Below are positions 17,680-27,843 of a stretch of DNA of 64,000 bases, piece by piece (the stretch's first letter is position 1; each line of letters starts with the position of its first letter). Source of the DNA: an uncultured Alphaproteobacteria bacterium (GTDB lineage: Bacteria; Pseudomonadota; Alphaproteobacteria; RF32; CAG-239). Where the stretch lies: contig CALXRS010000003.1 in assembly GCA_944390915.1 (NCBI GenBank), positions 11,652-75,651 on the forward strand. Reading direction: 5' to 3'. The position numbers were made by a program, and so were the translations under genes. The notes under the pieces were generated by a model that was not told the origin of the DNA, searched no databases, and saw nothing but the letters and a program-made list of their open reading frames with translations.

Positions 17680-17839
17680 GGCATTCAGTCGGGCGGTTTT
17701 TTCTCTTAAAGTCGAAGATAAGCTTTAAGCTGGAGGCGAGTTTTTCTCATTAAAAAGGCTTTGAGAACAAAGAGAGCCTTGAGAAGCGTCCGGTTTTTCA
17801 TTCGCAAGGCGGCATCGGGCTGGTTTTTAGGGGAACTTT

Positions 17840-18047
17840 CGGCCGGCGTTTGGCTGCGATTTCCTTTTTTCTCTTTTCTGCCATCCGCTAAACGCGATCT
17901 CCTTTTTTCCTTCTTCCTTAAATGCCCACGCCGGCCGCAGCCTTTTTTTCCTCTCCTCTAACCCCCTCCTTTTCCCTCTCCATTCTACCACACGCGCCGC
18001 CATTTTTTTCTCCTCTCTTTTTCCCCTGCGTGCCGTCCTATTTTTCT
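17840..18047. repeat. polypyrimidine (CT-rich) low-complexity tract with reiterated 'tttttctcctctc'-like motifs
   Basis: Read directly. The ORFs called here (17761..17961, 17827..18129) are low-complexity artefacts. Confidence 0.6.
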
Positions 18048-18685
18048 CCTCTCCCTTGAGGGGAGAGGGGGACGCGTAGGCGTCGGGTGAGGGTGAGAGC
18101 GAAAGAAAGCCTCCGGGCGGAGCTTTCATTGTGTGTGGGTGGTGGCGTCGGTATACCGCCCCGTATCTTAAGTGTCATCCTGAACTTGTTTCAGGATCTC
18201 ATTATTCTATTTATCCGCCTGTCTTTGTTTGCAAAATATACGAGATGCCGAAACGAGTTCGGCATGACAATTTAATATTAATTCGGCATGACAATTTGGT
18301 GTGTGTGGGGACAGTTTGGTGTGGGGGCGACCCAAACCTCCTCTCCCTTGAGGGGAGAGGGGGACGCGTAGGCGTCGGGTGAGGGTGAGAGCAAAAGAAA
18401 GCCCCCGGGCGGAGCTTTCATTGTGGGTGGGGTGTTGGCGTCGGTATACCGCCCCGTATCTTAAGTGTCATCCTGAACTTGTTTCAGGATCTCATTATTC
18501 TATTTATCCGCCTGTCTTTGTTTGCAAAATATACGAGATGCTGAAACGAGTTCAGCATGACAATTTAATATTAGTTCAGCATGACAATTTGGTGTGGGGG
18601 CGACCCAAACCTCCTCTCCCTTGAGGGGAGAGGGGGACGCGCACGCGTCAGGTGAGGGTGAGAGCCGTGGGGGGCTTTCTTCATA
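18048..18685. repeat. tandem repeat array: two full units (292 bp and 273 bp) plus a 70 bp partial third unit, each starting 'cctctcccttgaggggagagggggacgcg…'
   Basis: Unit starts at 18048, 18340 and 18613. Each unit carries the palindromes CCTCTCCCttgaGGGGAGAGG and ATCCTGAActtgTTTCAGGAT, plus an internal direct repeat 'ttcggcatgacaattt' ×2. Copy 2 lacks 19 bp present in copy 1. The near-identical ORFs 18131..18382 and 18379..18624 are artefacts of the repeat. Confidence 0.85.
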
Positions 18686-18711
18686 CGGATAATATTGTCT
18701 TTAAGAAAATG

Positions 18712-19815
18712 CTAACCTCTTTGGCGGCTGAGATTTTGCTTTAAAACATTTTGCATGTTATTTTTTTGCTTAAAATTACCGTTGGCGTCAATGTATAAGC
18801 CATGTTCTTTCATCTCCGCGGGATGCTTTTCCATGAATGCTTTTTCATCGGCATTGAGTTTTTCGCCGTTGGCTTCTCTTTCCTGCAAGTCTTTACATAT
18901 AAAATGATTTATGCAGATATTCAAAATCTTGTAGCTTTCTGCCTGTTGCGCCTCCTTATAGCTGTTTTCAACCGTCGGACCGCATTTGTACTTTCCGTCG
19001 TTTGTTTCGTGGCAGTAGGGTATCAAACCGAGCATACTCACCTTCAGGTCATACTGTTTCAGCATTCTGTTTTCAACAAAAGCATAGTGGATGGCGCCTT
19101 GCGGGGTTTCAATCCGGTGTATGTCCTCGGGATTGATTTCGGGTTTTTGGGATTGGCTGTCGTCCGCTTTTGCGAGATTTTTCTCTTTCAGCTGCTTGTT
19201 GGCAGTCAGCAGATTGTCGGTAAAAGTTTGAGCCGTCGATTTATTAAAACCGGCTTTTTCAAAAGCATCAATAAGCCCTTGCGGCGAGATGCGGTTTTCT
19301 TTGTTCATATTGTCGACATAAGCGTCCATAAAAGCTTGTTGCTGTTCGGGCGTAACATCGACCCGGCTGAGTGCATAAGCCAAGCTTTCGGGGGAAAAAT
19401 AAGCATAGGGGCGGTCGGATTTGGTTGTTGCTTCGGCAGTGGAAGAAACTTGCCGCGGCTCGCTTTGTTCCCGTACGGAAGAAGCTTTAATGTCCCGATG
19501 TTCTCTTGCCTGTTCTCCGTTCAATTGTTTTTGCTGACCGAGAAACTCTTTTGCCGACTGGCGTCTCTGTTCAATAAAATCTTTTGCTGCCTGTTGCCGC
19601 TGTTCGATAAAATCTGCCCATTCGTTAAAATCCGCCGTTTTGGAGTCGTCGTGAGAAGAAACGGCGGAATAGGTCGTTTCAATTTTTGCGTCGCCGTCTT
19701 CGGGGGAAACGGAATTTGGGTTGCCGGCGGCATGACCCGCAACCGTACCGGCAAACAGGCCGGCGGCTGCTGTGGCGGCGGCTTTCAGGTTATGCAATTT
19801 TTGTTGTTTTGACAT
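18712..19815 (-). CDS. secreted hypothetical protein, Gln/Glu-rich central region, Cys-containing C-terminal domain
   Basis: Signal-like 'AAATAAAGLFAGTVAGHAAG'. Low-complexity 'EQRQQAAKDFIEQRRQSAKEFLGQQKQ'. C-terminal cysteines 'CHETNDGKYKCGPT…CINHFIC'. I recognise no family. Confidence 0.55.
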   Translation of the reverse strand: MSKQQKLHNLKAAATAAAGLFAGTVAGHAAGNPNSVSPEDGDAKIETTYSAVSSHDDSKTADFNEWADFIEQRQQAAKDFIEQRRQSAKEFLGQQKQLNGEQAREHRDIKASSVREQSEPRQVSSTAEATTKSDRPYAYFSPESLAYALSRVDVTPEQQQAFMDAYVDNMNKENRISPQGLIDAFEKAGFNKSTAQTFTDNLLTANKQLKEKNLAKADDSQSQKPEINPEDIHRIETPQGAIHYAFVENRMLKQYDLKVSMLGLIPYCHETNDGKYKCGPTVENSYKEAQQAESYKILNICINHFICKDLQEREANGEKLNADEKAFMEKHPAEMKEHGLYIDANGNFKQKNNMQNVLKQNLSRQRG

Positions 19816-20099
19816 TATTGTTCTCTGTAAGTTTTAAGATTGCGTTCAGTATAGCAAGATTTGTTATTTTTGTCAATATTTGTCATTGATGACGTCGCGT
19901 TTATTTGCCTGTCGGCGGGCGAGGCGTTAACTTTTTGTTGCCGTCCGAAAGGCAAAATCGCCGCTAGGGCGCTTTTTTTGCCCTCTGAGAGGTTTTCGGG
20001 CTGCGAAAAGCTGGGTATAAGTTGCACAAAATTTTGGCTTTTGAGGTTGTCCGGCGTTATATTGGCAAACAGTATGAAACTAATCGATAAGGTAAATAA

Positions 20100-22931
20100 A
20101 TGACAGATGAAATTAATGAAGAAGCGGTTGTCGACAACGCTGTCGGCAAGCGTTCCGATATTACGCCGGTAGACGTTTCCGAGGAAATGCGCCGTTCGTA
20201 TCTCGACTATGCCATGAGCGTTATCGTTTCCCGCGCGCTGCCGGATGTGCGCGACGGCTTAAAGCCGGTGCATCGCCGCATTATTTATTCCATGTACGAG
20301 AACGGTTATGACTATAACCGTCCGTTCCGCAAATCCGCCCGTATCGTCGGTGATGTTTTGGGTAAATATCACCCGCACGGGGATTCTTCGGTTTATGAAG
20401 CCATGGTGCGGATGGCGCAGCCTTTTTCGATGCGCGTGCCGATGGTGGACGGTCAGGGAAACTTCGGTTCCATGGACGGCGACGGTGCGGCGGCCATGCG
20501 TTATACGGAGGCCAGACTGGCCAAAGTGGCGCATGCTCTGATTGAGGATATTGACAAAGACACCGTCGACTTTATGCCCAACTATGACGAAAGCCTGCAG
20601 GAGCCCTCCGTTCTGCCGGCACGCTACCCGAACCTGCTTGTCAACGGCACCAACGGCATTGCCGTCGGCATGGCCACCAACATTCCGCCGCACAATCTGG
20701 GCGAGATAATTTCCGCCTGCTGCGCCTATATCGACAACCCGGAGATAACCGCTGAAGAGCTGATAAACTACGTCCCGGGGCCGGATTTTCCGACCGGCGG
20801 GCTGATTTTGGGCTACGGCGGCGCGCGTTCGGCCTACCTGACCGGCCGCGGCTCGATTATGATGCGCGCCAAGTGCACCATTGAGGAAATAAAGAAAGAC
20901 AAAGAGGCCATCATTGTTCACGAAATTCCCTATCAGGTGAACAAGGCCGCCATGGTGCAGAAAATTGCCGAACTGGTTAAGGAAAAACGGGTGGAGGGCA
21001 TTTCCGACATCCGCGACGAGTCCGACCGTCAGGGCGTGCGCGTGGTGATTGAAATCAAGCGTGATTTTCAGGCGGACGTGATTTTGAATCAGCTGTACAA
21101 ATACACGCCGCTGCAAACGAGCTTCGGCATGAATATGCTGGCGATTAACGCCGGTCGGCCGATGATGATGAATTTGAAAGATATTATCGCCGCTTTCATC
21201 GAGTTCCGCGAAGAGGTTATCCGTCGGCGCACGATCTACGAACTGAACAAAGCCCGCGACCGCGCCCATACTTTGGTCGGTTTGGCAATAGCGGTGGAAA
21301 ACCTCGATCCGGTGATTGAGCTTATCCGCAACGCTCCGAGCCCGCAGGACGCCAAAGACGCCTTGTTGGCAAAAGCCTGGCCGGCAGGCGATGTGGAGCC
21401 GCTGGTGATTTTGATTGACGAGCCCGACCGCAAGGTGGAAAACGGGCATTATCATTTGTCGGAAGCGCAGGCCAAAGCCATCCTCGATTTGAAGCTGCAA
21501 CGCCTGACCGGTTTGGAGCGCGACAAAATCCATCAGGAACTGGTAAGCCTCGGCGACGAAATCAGGGAATGTCTGTCGATTTTGAGCAGCCGCGAAAAAC
21601 TTTACGGCATTATGCGCGACGAGCTTATCGAAATCAAAGACGAATATGCCACGCCGCGACGCACCAAAATTGAGGATCTGGAATATGAACAGGATGTGGA
21701 AGCTCTTATCCAGCGCGAAGAAATGGTGGTGACCGTAACCGACGCCGGCTATATCAAGCGCGTGCCGCTCAATGCCTATAAGGCGCAAAAGCGCGGCGGC
21801 AAAGGCAAATCCGGCATGGCTACCAAAGACGAAGATTTTGTTTCCCGTTTGTTCGTGGCGGGCACGCACACGCCGGTGCTGTTCTTCTCAAGCAAAGGGC
21901 AGGTGTACAAGCTGAAAGTGTACAAGCTGCCGCTCGGGTCGCCCACCTCCAAGGGCAAACCGTTTGTCAACCTGTTGCCTTTGGCCGAGGGCGAAAACAT
22001 TACCACGGTTTTGAAACTCCCCGAAAACGAGGCCGAATGTCAGGATCTGTCGATTATGTTTGCGACCGCCTCCGGCATGGTGCGCCGCAACTCGCTGGCG
22101 GATTTTGTCAACGTTCAGTCAAACGGCAAAATCGCCATGAAGCTTGATGACGGCGACAAGCTGATAAATGTGCGTATCTGCAACGAAAACGAAGATATTA
22201 TGCTCGCTACCAAGAGCGGCAAATGCATTCGTTTTCCGGTCAACGAAGTGCGCGTGTTCGTCGGCCGCAACTCCGTCGGCGTACGCGGCATCAGGCTGGC
22301 CGACGGCGACGAGGTTATCTCCATGTCGGTTTTGAACCACAGCGATGCCACGGCCGAAGAACGCGACGAATATGCCAAAGTCTGCTCCGCCGTGAAGCGT
22401 ATGGAAGCCGAAAACGGCGAGCCGGGCAGCGTTTCCGCGACCGATACGGGGCTGCTCGATAAGCTGACGCCGGCGCAGTTTGAAGAAATGCGCAAGAACG
22501 AGCAGTTTATCTTAACCGTTACTTCCACCGGTTACGGCAAACGTTCGTCTTCTTACGAATATCGGGTTACCGGTCGCGGCGGCAGCGGTATTGCCAATAT
22601 GGAAATGTCCGCCCGCAACAGGGAAGTGGTGAGTTCTTTCCCGATTGAGGACGACAACCAGATTATGATGGTAACCGACGGCGGCAAGCTGATACGCATG
22701 CCGGTGGAGGATATCCGCATTGCCGGCCGCAAAACGCAGGGGGTTATCCTCTTCCGCACGGCCGAGGACGAAAAGGTTGTTTCCGTAACCTGGCTTGATG
22801 CCGACGCCGAAGACGAAGAAGAACTGGAAGAAGAAGCCGGTTCCGAAGTTTTGGGCGAAAGCGTGGCCGACAACGAAGACCTGCCCACCGACGAGGTGAG
22901 CGAACCTGAAACCGAAAGCAACGACGAATAA
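20100..22931 (+). CDS. gyrA: DNA gyrase subunit A
   Basis: '[23 protein letters not shown]', active-site '[10 protein letters not shown]', a GyrA-box-containing CTD, and an acidic C-terminal tail. Confidence 0.95.
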   Translation: MTDEINEEAVVDNAVGKRSDITPVDVSEEMRRSYLDYAMSVIVSRALPDVRDGLKPVHRRIIYSMYENGYDYNRPFRKSARIVGDVLGKYHPHGDSSVYEAMVRMAQPFSMRVPMVDGQGNFGSMDGDGAAAMRYTEARLAKVAHALIEDIDKDTVDFMPNYDESLQEPSVLPARYPNLLVNGTNGIAVGMATNIPPHNLGEIISACCAYIDNPEITAEELINYVPGPDFPTGGLILGYGGARSAYLTGRGSIMMRAKCTIEEIKKDKEAIIVHEIPYQVNKAAMVQKIAELVKEKRVEGISDIRDESDRQGVRVVIEIKRDFQADVILNQLYKYTPLQTSFGMNMLAINAGRPMMMNLKDIIAAFIEFREEVIRRRTIYELNKARDRAHTLVGLAIAVENLDPVIELIRNAPSPQDAKDALLAKAWPAGDVEPLVILIDEPDRKVENGHYHLSEAQAKAILDLKLQRLTGLERDKIHQELVSLGDEIRECLSILSSREKLYGIMRDELIEIKDEYATPRRTKIEDLEYEQDVEALIQREEMVVTVTDAGYIKRVPLNAYKAQKRGGKGKSGMATKDEDFVSRLFVAGTHTPVLFFSSKGQVYKLKVYKLPLGSPTSKGKPFVNLLPLAEGENITTVLKLPENEAECQDLSIMFATASGMVRRNSLADFVNVQSNGKIAMKLDDGDKLINVRICNENEDIMLATKSGKCIRFPVNEVRVFVGRNSVGVRGIRLADGDEVISMSVLNHSDATAEERDEYAKVCSAVKRMEAENGEPGSVSATDTGLLDKLTPAQFEEMRKNEQFILTVTSTGYGKRSSSYEYRVTGRGGSGIANMEMSARNREVVSSFPIEDDNQIMMVTDGGKLIRMPVEDIRIAGRKTQGVILFRTAEDEKVVSVTWLDADAEDEEELEEEAGSEVLGESVADNEDLPTDEVSEPETESNDE

Positions 22932-22950
22932 TCTTCGACGGCCGAAGACT

Positions 22951-22986
22951 AAAAAAGCTCCCCGTGAATTTTTGGGGAGCTTTTTT
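22951..22986. terminator. bidirectional intrinsic terminator (gctcccc–10 nt loop–ggggagc, A-run upstream, T-run downstream)
   Basis: Read directly. Lies between gyrA (+) and the convergent 23022..23354 (−) gene. Confidence 0.7.
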
Positions 22987-23021
22987 GCATAATAAAAGTC
23001 TTATATTATCCGTCCTTGGGA

Positions 23022-23354
23022 TTATTGACGGCAATGACGGGCAAGATAATCATTATAGACCTCAACCTGTCGATTGTAGGCTTCGCTTTTGTTTTTTGCT
23101 TCTTCTCGGAGCCACCAGACTTCGGAGAAGGAAGAGGCGTTTTTTATAAGCTCGGGATAACGGTCAAGTTCCCGACGGAGTTCTGCCGAGGGACGCAGAC
23201 GCTCGGCTTCTTCCTCAAACTGCGGCGGGCAGATATATTCTCCTTCCGCCAGAAGTGGCAAAGATTCCGCCGGTGGCTGCCGCAGGTTGAGGTAAAGGGA
23301 GCCTGCGGCAAAAAAGGCCGCCGTTGTCCAGATGATTTTGCCGGTGCTGGTCAT
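23022..23354 (-). CDS. small hypothetical protein (110 aa, N-terminal hydrophobic anchor), last gene of the PfkB–MFS operon
   Basis: Its start abuts the MFS stop (23354/23355). 'IIWTTAAFFAAGSLYL' is a TM/signal segment. Confidence 0.45.
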   Translation of the reverse strand: MTSTGKIIWTTAAFFAAGSLYLNLRQPPAESLPLLAEGEYICPPQFEEEAERLRPSAELRRELDRYPELIKNASSFSEVWWLREEAKNKSEAYNRQVEVYNDYLARHCRQ

Positions 23355-24515
23355 TTAGTTTTTGCCTATATCATGCACCCGGCGCATCACGGCCAGCAGA
23401 TAGAGCACGCCAAGCCCCATGACGGCGACGGCGCCGTTCTGGCTGCCGAACAAATCGGAGGCAAACCCCATCATCATGGGAAAAATCGTGCCGCCGAAAA
23501 TGCCCATAATCATCAGGCCGGAAATTTCGTTTTTCTTGTCCGGACGGTGCAAAATGGCCTGCGAAAACATAATCGGAAACAAATTGGCGTTGTTGAAGCC
23601 GATGAGCGCAATGCAGACATAAAGCGCCGTTTGCGTATTAAACAGAGCCAGTCCGAGCATGCCTGCCGCCAGCAGCAAAACGCTTGCGGCATAAAAACGG
23701 CGGGTGGAATATTTGGCCAGAATGAACGTGCCGGCCAGACAGCCGAAAGTGCGAAACAGAAAATAGACGCTGGTGGCATATCCCGCTTCCGCAAGCGGCA
23801 GACCGAGCTTGTCCATCAGCACCCGGGGAGCGGAAACGTTGGTGCCGACGTCAATGCCCACATGGCAGACAATGCCCAGAAAACAGATAAGAACGGTTGT
23901 GTCTTTCAGCAGGGAAAAACATTCCGCAAACGAAGAGGCCCGACCGATTTCTTCTTCTTTGATTTTTTCCGCCCACAGGGCGGCCAGAGCAACCAGACCT
24001 TCCGCCAGATAAACGGCAAACAGCAATCGCCAGCTGCCGTAGTGCAGCGCGCCCCAGGCGGCGATAATCGGCGCGGTAAAGGCGGCAATGGCCTTGACAA
24101 ACTGACCGAAGGTGAGAGCCGAGGAAAGTCTTTTGCTGCTGACAATGTTGGACAGAAGCGGGTTGAGCGAAACCTGCATCACGGCGTTTGAAATACCGAG
24201 CAGCGAAAAAGAAATCAGAATAAGCGGCAGGTTGTAGCCGACAAGCGGCAGCGCCAGAGCAACGGCGGTTATGGCCAGACTGAGCACCACGGTTTTGCGG
24301 CGGCCGATTTTGTTCATCAGCATGCCGGTCGGCACCGAGCAGACCAGAAACCAGAAAAACACCATGGAGGTGAACAGATTGGCAACCGAGTCGGAAAGAC
24401 GGAAATCGTCTTTGACGTAGTTAGTGGCAATGCCCACCAGGTCAACAAAGCCCATGGCAAAAAAGGCGAGCATGACGGGGACGAGCATAAGCAGAATGTT
24501 GGCTTTTTTTTCCAT
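23355..24515 (-). CDS. MFS transporter
   Basis: 12 predicted TM segments with an MFS-like loop 'GMLMNKIGRRKT'. Confidence 0.8.
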   Translation of the reverse strand: MEKKANILLMLVPVMLAFFAMGFVDLVGIATNYVKDDFRLSDSVANLFTSMVFFWFLVCSVPTGMLMNKIGRRKTVVLSLAITAVALALPLVGYNLPLILISFSLLGISNAVMQVSLNPLLSNIVSSKRLSSALTFGQFVKAIAAFTAPIIAAWGALHYGSWRLLFAVYLAEGLVALAALWAEKIKEEEIGRASSFAECFSLLKDTTVLICFLGIVCHVGIDVGTNVSAPRVLMDKLGLPLAEAGYATSVYFLFRTFGCLAGTFILAKYSTRRFYAASVLLLAAGMLGLALFNTQTALYVCIALIGFNNANLFPIMFSQAILHRPDKKNEISGLMIMGIFGGTIFPMMMGFASDLFGSQNGAVAVMGLGVLYLLAVMRRVHDIGKN

Positions 24516-24519
24516 TGTT

Positions 24520-25398
24520 TTATCCTTTCATGTCAGCGGGATATTGCGGCCAGGCGCCGGATCGGGTACAGACGAAAGCCGCCACGCGAACGGCGTTTTT
24601 ATGGGCGTCGGCCATGCTTTTTCCGGTAAGAATGCCGTAAACGAAAGCGCCCGAAAAGGCGTCGCCCGCGCCCACCGTGTCGACCACCGGCACCGCGGGC
24701 GTGTTGAGCCGGGAAACGCCTTGCGGCGAATAGATGACGCTGAATTTTTCGCCGGCGGTAAAAATCAGATATTGCAGATTGTATTGTTTGAGCAGCAGGC
24801 GGCAGATTTCCTCATCCGTTCCGTCCAGGGAAAACAGATTGCGGATTTGGCCGATTTCGTCGTCGTTCAACTTGAAGATATCGGCAAAACCGAGATAGCG
24901 GTGGATAAGCTCTGCCGAATAATAGTTTCCGCGCAGGTTGATGTCAAAAAAACGCAGGGCGTCGGCCGGAGCTTCCTGCAGCAGGCGAATGAGGGTATCT
25001 CTGCTTTCCGGGCTGCGCGAAGCCAGCGTGCCGAAACAGACGGCGTCTGCCCGCCGGATGACGGCTGAGGCGTCGTCGCTGTAGGGAATATGATCCCAGG
25101 CGACGTTTTCGACAATGGTGTAGGCGGGGATGCCGTTTTTCAATTCCACCAGCACCTTGCCGGTCGGGTAGGGGGTGAGGGCAAGGACATGGTCGATTTT
25201 GTTCTGTTTGAGTTCGGCGACGATGGCCCGGCCGTCGGCATCGTTGCCGACCGCGCTGACGGCGTATCCTTCGGCGCCCAGCGCCGCGGCATGATAGACA
25301 AAGTTGATCGGCGCGCCGCCGGCTCTTTTGCCGCCGGGGAGCATGTCCCACAAAATTTCGCCGATGCCGACGACCACGGGTTTGGAGTTGTTGTTCAT
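24520..25398 (-). CDS. PfkB-family carbohydrate kinase (fructokinase/ribokinase-like)
   Basis: 'VVGIGEILWDMLP', and a C-terminal 'DTVGAGDAFSGAFVYG' PfkB signature. The start is taken at MNNNSK. Confidence 0.8.
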   Translation of the reverse strand: MNNNSKPVVVGIGEILWDMLPGGKRAGGAPINFVYHAAALGAEGYAVSAVGNDADGRAIVAELKQNKIDHVLALTPYPTGKVLVELKNGIPAYTIVENVAWDHIPYSDDASAVIRRADAVCFGTLASRSPESRDTLIRLLQEAPADALRFFDINLRGNYYSAELIHRYLGFADIFKLNDDEIGQIRNLFSLDGTDEEICRLLLKQYNLQYLIFTAGEKFSVIYSPQGVSRLNTPAVPVVDTVGAGDAFSGAFVYGILTGKSMADAHKNAVRVAAFVCTRSGAWPQYPADMKG

Positions 25399-25564
25399 AG
25401 GCAAATATCTCCCGTTGCATGTTGTTTTGCCTGCATTATACCATATATAAGCCTTAATGTTCAACCTTTAAGGGGAAGGAACGGAAATTTGGATAAGTGT
25501 TTTTTTATCTTGAAAGCAAAGTTTTAAGGAGTATGTTGAAAACAAATTTTTATGGGAGACAGAA

Positions 25565-26515
25565 ATGGCAGAATATAAAACAAAAGTTTTGATTATAGGT
25601 TCGGGACCTGCCGGATATACGGCGGGCATTTATGCCGCGCGGGCAGGGTTGTCGCCGGTTTTGGCAGCGGGGCTGCAAAAAGGCGGGCAGCTGACCATTA
25701 CCACCGACGTTGAAAATTTTCCCGGTTTTCCCGAGCCGATTAACGGCGGCGAACTGATGCGGCGGATGGAAAAACAGGCCGAAAACGTCGGTGTTAAAAT
25801 TGTTGCCGAACAGATAACCGGGGTTGATTTTTCTTCCCGGCCGTTTGTTTTGTCTTCCGATAACGGCAGCCGTTTTTATGCCGATTGCGTGATTATTGCC
25901 ACCGGCGCGTCCGCCCGTTGGCTGGGACTCGCAAACGAAGAAAAATTCCGCGGGTTCGGCGTTTCCGCCTGCGCCACCTGCGACGGCTTTTTTTATCGCA
26001 ACAAAAACGTGGCCGTTGTCGGCGGCGGCAACACGGCGGCGGAAGAAGCCCTGTATCTGGCCGGCATTGCCAAAAGCGTAACCCTCATTCACCGCCGCAA
26101 CGAACTCCGTGCCGACAAAATTATGCAGGAACGGATTATGCAAAACCCGAAAATCGCGTTGGAATGGGACAGCGTTGTCGAAGACGTGTTGGGCAGCGAT
26201 ACGCCCAAAGGCGTTACCGGCGCGGTGTTGAAAAACGTGAAAACCGGGGCGCGCAAAACCATAGATATCGACGGTCTGTTCGTTGCCATCGGTCACAAGC
26301 CGAATACGGAGATATTCAAAGAAGCTTTGGCGCTTGACGACAACGGTTATATCATAACCCCGGCGGGCAGCTGTCAAACCAGCGTGCCGGGCGTGTTTGC
26401 CGCCGGCGACGTTAAAGATTCGCTCTATCGGCAGGCGGTTACCGCCGCCGGTTCGGGCTGTCAGGCTTTTCTTGAAGCCGAACGCTTTTTGCACGCCGAA
26501 GGGGTGCTTGACTGA
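25565..26515 (+). CDS. trxB: thioredoxin-disulfide reductase
   Basis: FAD motif 'VLIIGSGPAGYTAGIYAA', redox-active 'CATCDG', NADPH motif 'VAVVGGGNTAAEEA'. Confidence 0.95.
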   Translation: MAEYKTKVLIIGSGPAGYTAGIYAARAGLSPVLAAGLQKGGQLTITTDVENFPGFPEPINGGELMRRMEKQAENVGVKIVAEQITGVDFSSRPFVLSSDNGSRFYADCVIIATGASARWLGLANEEKFRGFGVSACATCDGFFYRNKNVAVVGGGNTAAEEALYLAGIAKSVTLIHRRNELRADKIMQERIMQNPKIALEWDSVVEDVLGSDTPKGVTGAVLKNVKTGARKTIDIDGLFVAIGHKPNTEIFKEALALDDNGYIITPAGSCQTSVPGVFAAGDVKDSLYRQAVTAAGSGCQAFLEAERFLHAEGVLD

Positions 26516-26545
26516 AAGGTTTTCGAATGTAAAAAACGAAATGCA

Positions 26546-26582
26546 AAAAAACGAGCGGCCGAATTATCAAAATTCGGCCGTC
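26546..26582. terminator. bidirectional intrinsic terminator (10-bp perfect stem cggccgaatt/aattcggccg, loop atcaa, flanked by an A-run and a T-run)
   Basis: Read directly. Lies between trxB (+) and greA (−). Confidence 0.8.
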
Positions 26583-26610
26583 CGTTTTTTTTACGGAAAT
26601 GTGACGTCAA

Positions 26611-27090
26611 TCAGTAAATAACTTTCAGAATTTCAAAAGATTTCTTGCCGCCGGGCGCCATATATTCGGCCACGTCGCCGACTTCTTTGCCGATGAGGGC
26701 TTTGGCCAGGGGCGAGGAGAGGGAAATCTTGTTTTTTTCGATATCGGCTTCATAGTCGCCGACAATCTGATATTTGCTTTCCTTGTCGGTGTCTTCGTCC
26801 ACCACCAGCACCACGGCGCCGAAACGGACGATGTCGCCTTTGTTTAAGCTCGGGTCAATCACCTGGGCGCGGCTGATAACCGCTTCCAGCTCCTGGATGC
26901 GCCCTTCGATAAAGCTTTGTTTTTCTTTGGCCGCGGAATATTCGGCATTTTCGGACAAATCACCGTGCGAACGCGCTTCGGCAATGGCCGCGATAATGTT
27001 CGGACGTTCAACGCTCTTCAAATTCTTCAGTTCCTGCTCAAGCGCAGTGAAACCTTCCTTCGTCAAAGGAAACTTATCCATTTTGTTCAC
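26611..27090 (-). CDS. greA: transcription elongation factor GreA
   Basis: 'HGDLSENAEYSAAKE' GreA signature. 159 aa. Confidence 0.95.
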   Translation of the reverse strand: MNKMDKFPLTKEGFTALEQELKNLKSVERPNIIAAIAEARSHGDLSENAEYSAAKEKQSFIEGRIQELEAVISRAQVIDPSLNKGDIVRFGAVVLVVDEDTDKESKYQIVGDYEADIEKNKISLSSPLAKALIGKEVGDVAEYMAPGGKKSFEILKVIY

Positions 27091-27296
27091 CTCATGCTAA
27101 AAAATTAAAAAATTTGACTGCGAGAGGGAGCCCCTCAACACAGCCATCACGTTTACATATCTGCTAAAATATGTAGCACAAAATAAAATGTTTGGCAAGC
27201 GATTTTTCCGTGGAATAAAAACATTTTTGCTCTATACAAGGCGGGCAGACTTGATTATATTAAAAAAGTTAAAAAAACTATGTGGAGATTATCACG

Positions 27297-27752
27297 ATGA
27301 AAAAGTTTTATCTTTTGTCTGCGGCGGCGGCTTTGGTTTTGGCTGCTTCCTCTGCGCAGGCGGTGGACAGCACCGGTTGCGGTCTGGGCTCCATGGCCTG
27401 GAGAGGACAGTCCGGTCCCGTGCCGCAGGTTTTGGCGGTTACCACCAACGGTATGACAGGCAGCCAGACTTTCGGCATTACGTTCGGCACCTCGGGCTGC
27501 GATCCGAACGGTCGCGTAACCGGCGGCACACAGAGAATGGTTTTCCATTTTATCGAAAACAACATGGAGCAATATGCTCTTGACGCCGCCCGCGGCGAGG
27601 GCGAAACTCTGGATACGCTCGCCGGCATGCTCAATGTCGACAAAGCGGATTTTGCCGCCAAATCGCAGGAAAATTTTGCCTCGATTTTCCCGGACGGCAA
27701 CGTGGACGCCATCTATGTGACGCAACAGATTTTTGCCATGGTTAAAGCCTAG
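27297..27752 (+). CDS. DUF3015-like periplasmic protein
   Basis: Signal peptide and the 'TGCGLGS' motif typical of DUF3015, recalled from memory. A GGAG sits 9 nt upstream of ATG at 27297. Confidence 0.5.
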   Translation: MKKFYLLSAAAALVLAASSAQAVDSTGCGLGSMAWRGQSGPVPQVLAVTTNGMTGSQTFGITFGTSGCDPNGRVTGGTQRMVFHFIENNMEQYALDAARGEGETLDTLAGMLNVDKADFAAKSQENFASIFPDGNVDAIYVTQQIFAMVKA

Positions 27753-27843
27753 ACGCAAAAACGGAAAGAAGGCGGTTTTGCCGCAGGGCTGTGGCAAAGC
27801 CGCTTTTTTTGTATGTTATAACACTAAAACAAACAGATTTTTC

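Noticed and set aside
17761-18129. ORFs 17761..17961 (+) and 17827..18129 (−) in the CT-rich tract
   Set aside because: The translation is pure low-complexity (poly K/E/R/G or F/L/P). This is a composition artefact of the polypyrimidine tract.
18100-18130. 'gaaagaaagcctccgggcggagc' resembling the RNase P RNA 'GAAAGUCCGGGCUCC' P4 motif
   Set aside because: The similarity is short and imperfect. There is no surrounding RNase P architecture, and the motif is duplicated with the repeat.
18131-18624. Two near-identical small ORFs (83 aa and 81 aa: 'MCGWWRRYTAPYLKCHPELVSGSHYSIYPPVFVCKIYEM…') and paired 'MRVRAKES…' ORFs inside the tandem repeat
   Set aside because: They are duplicated purely because the DNA is duplicated. 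No RBS, palindrome-driven codons, low complexity. They are artefacts of the repeat array.
18048-18685. Possible CRISPR array
   Set aside because: Repeat units are about 290 bp, not 24–48 bp. There are no unique spacers between conserved short repeats and no cas genes.
19861-20103. 'tttgtca' direct repeats upstream of gyrA as possible DnaA boxes or an origin
   Set aside because: No match to TTATCCACA-type boxes and no AT-rich DUE. It is more simply gyrA promoter sequence.
20259-21869. 536-aa ORF antisense to gyrA
   Set aside because: It lies entirely inside the well-supported gyrA CDS on the opposite strand. It is a typical GC-rich antisense open frame with no motifs.
22790-22931. Acidic Asp/Glu-rich GyrA C-terminal tail as something unusual
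   Set aside because: Acidic tails are a known regulatory feature of many proteobacterial GyrA proteins.
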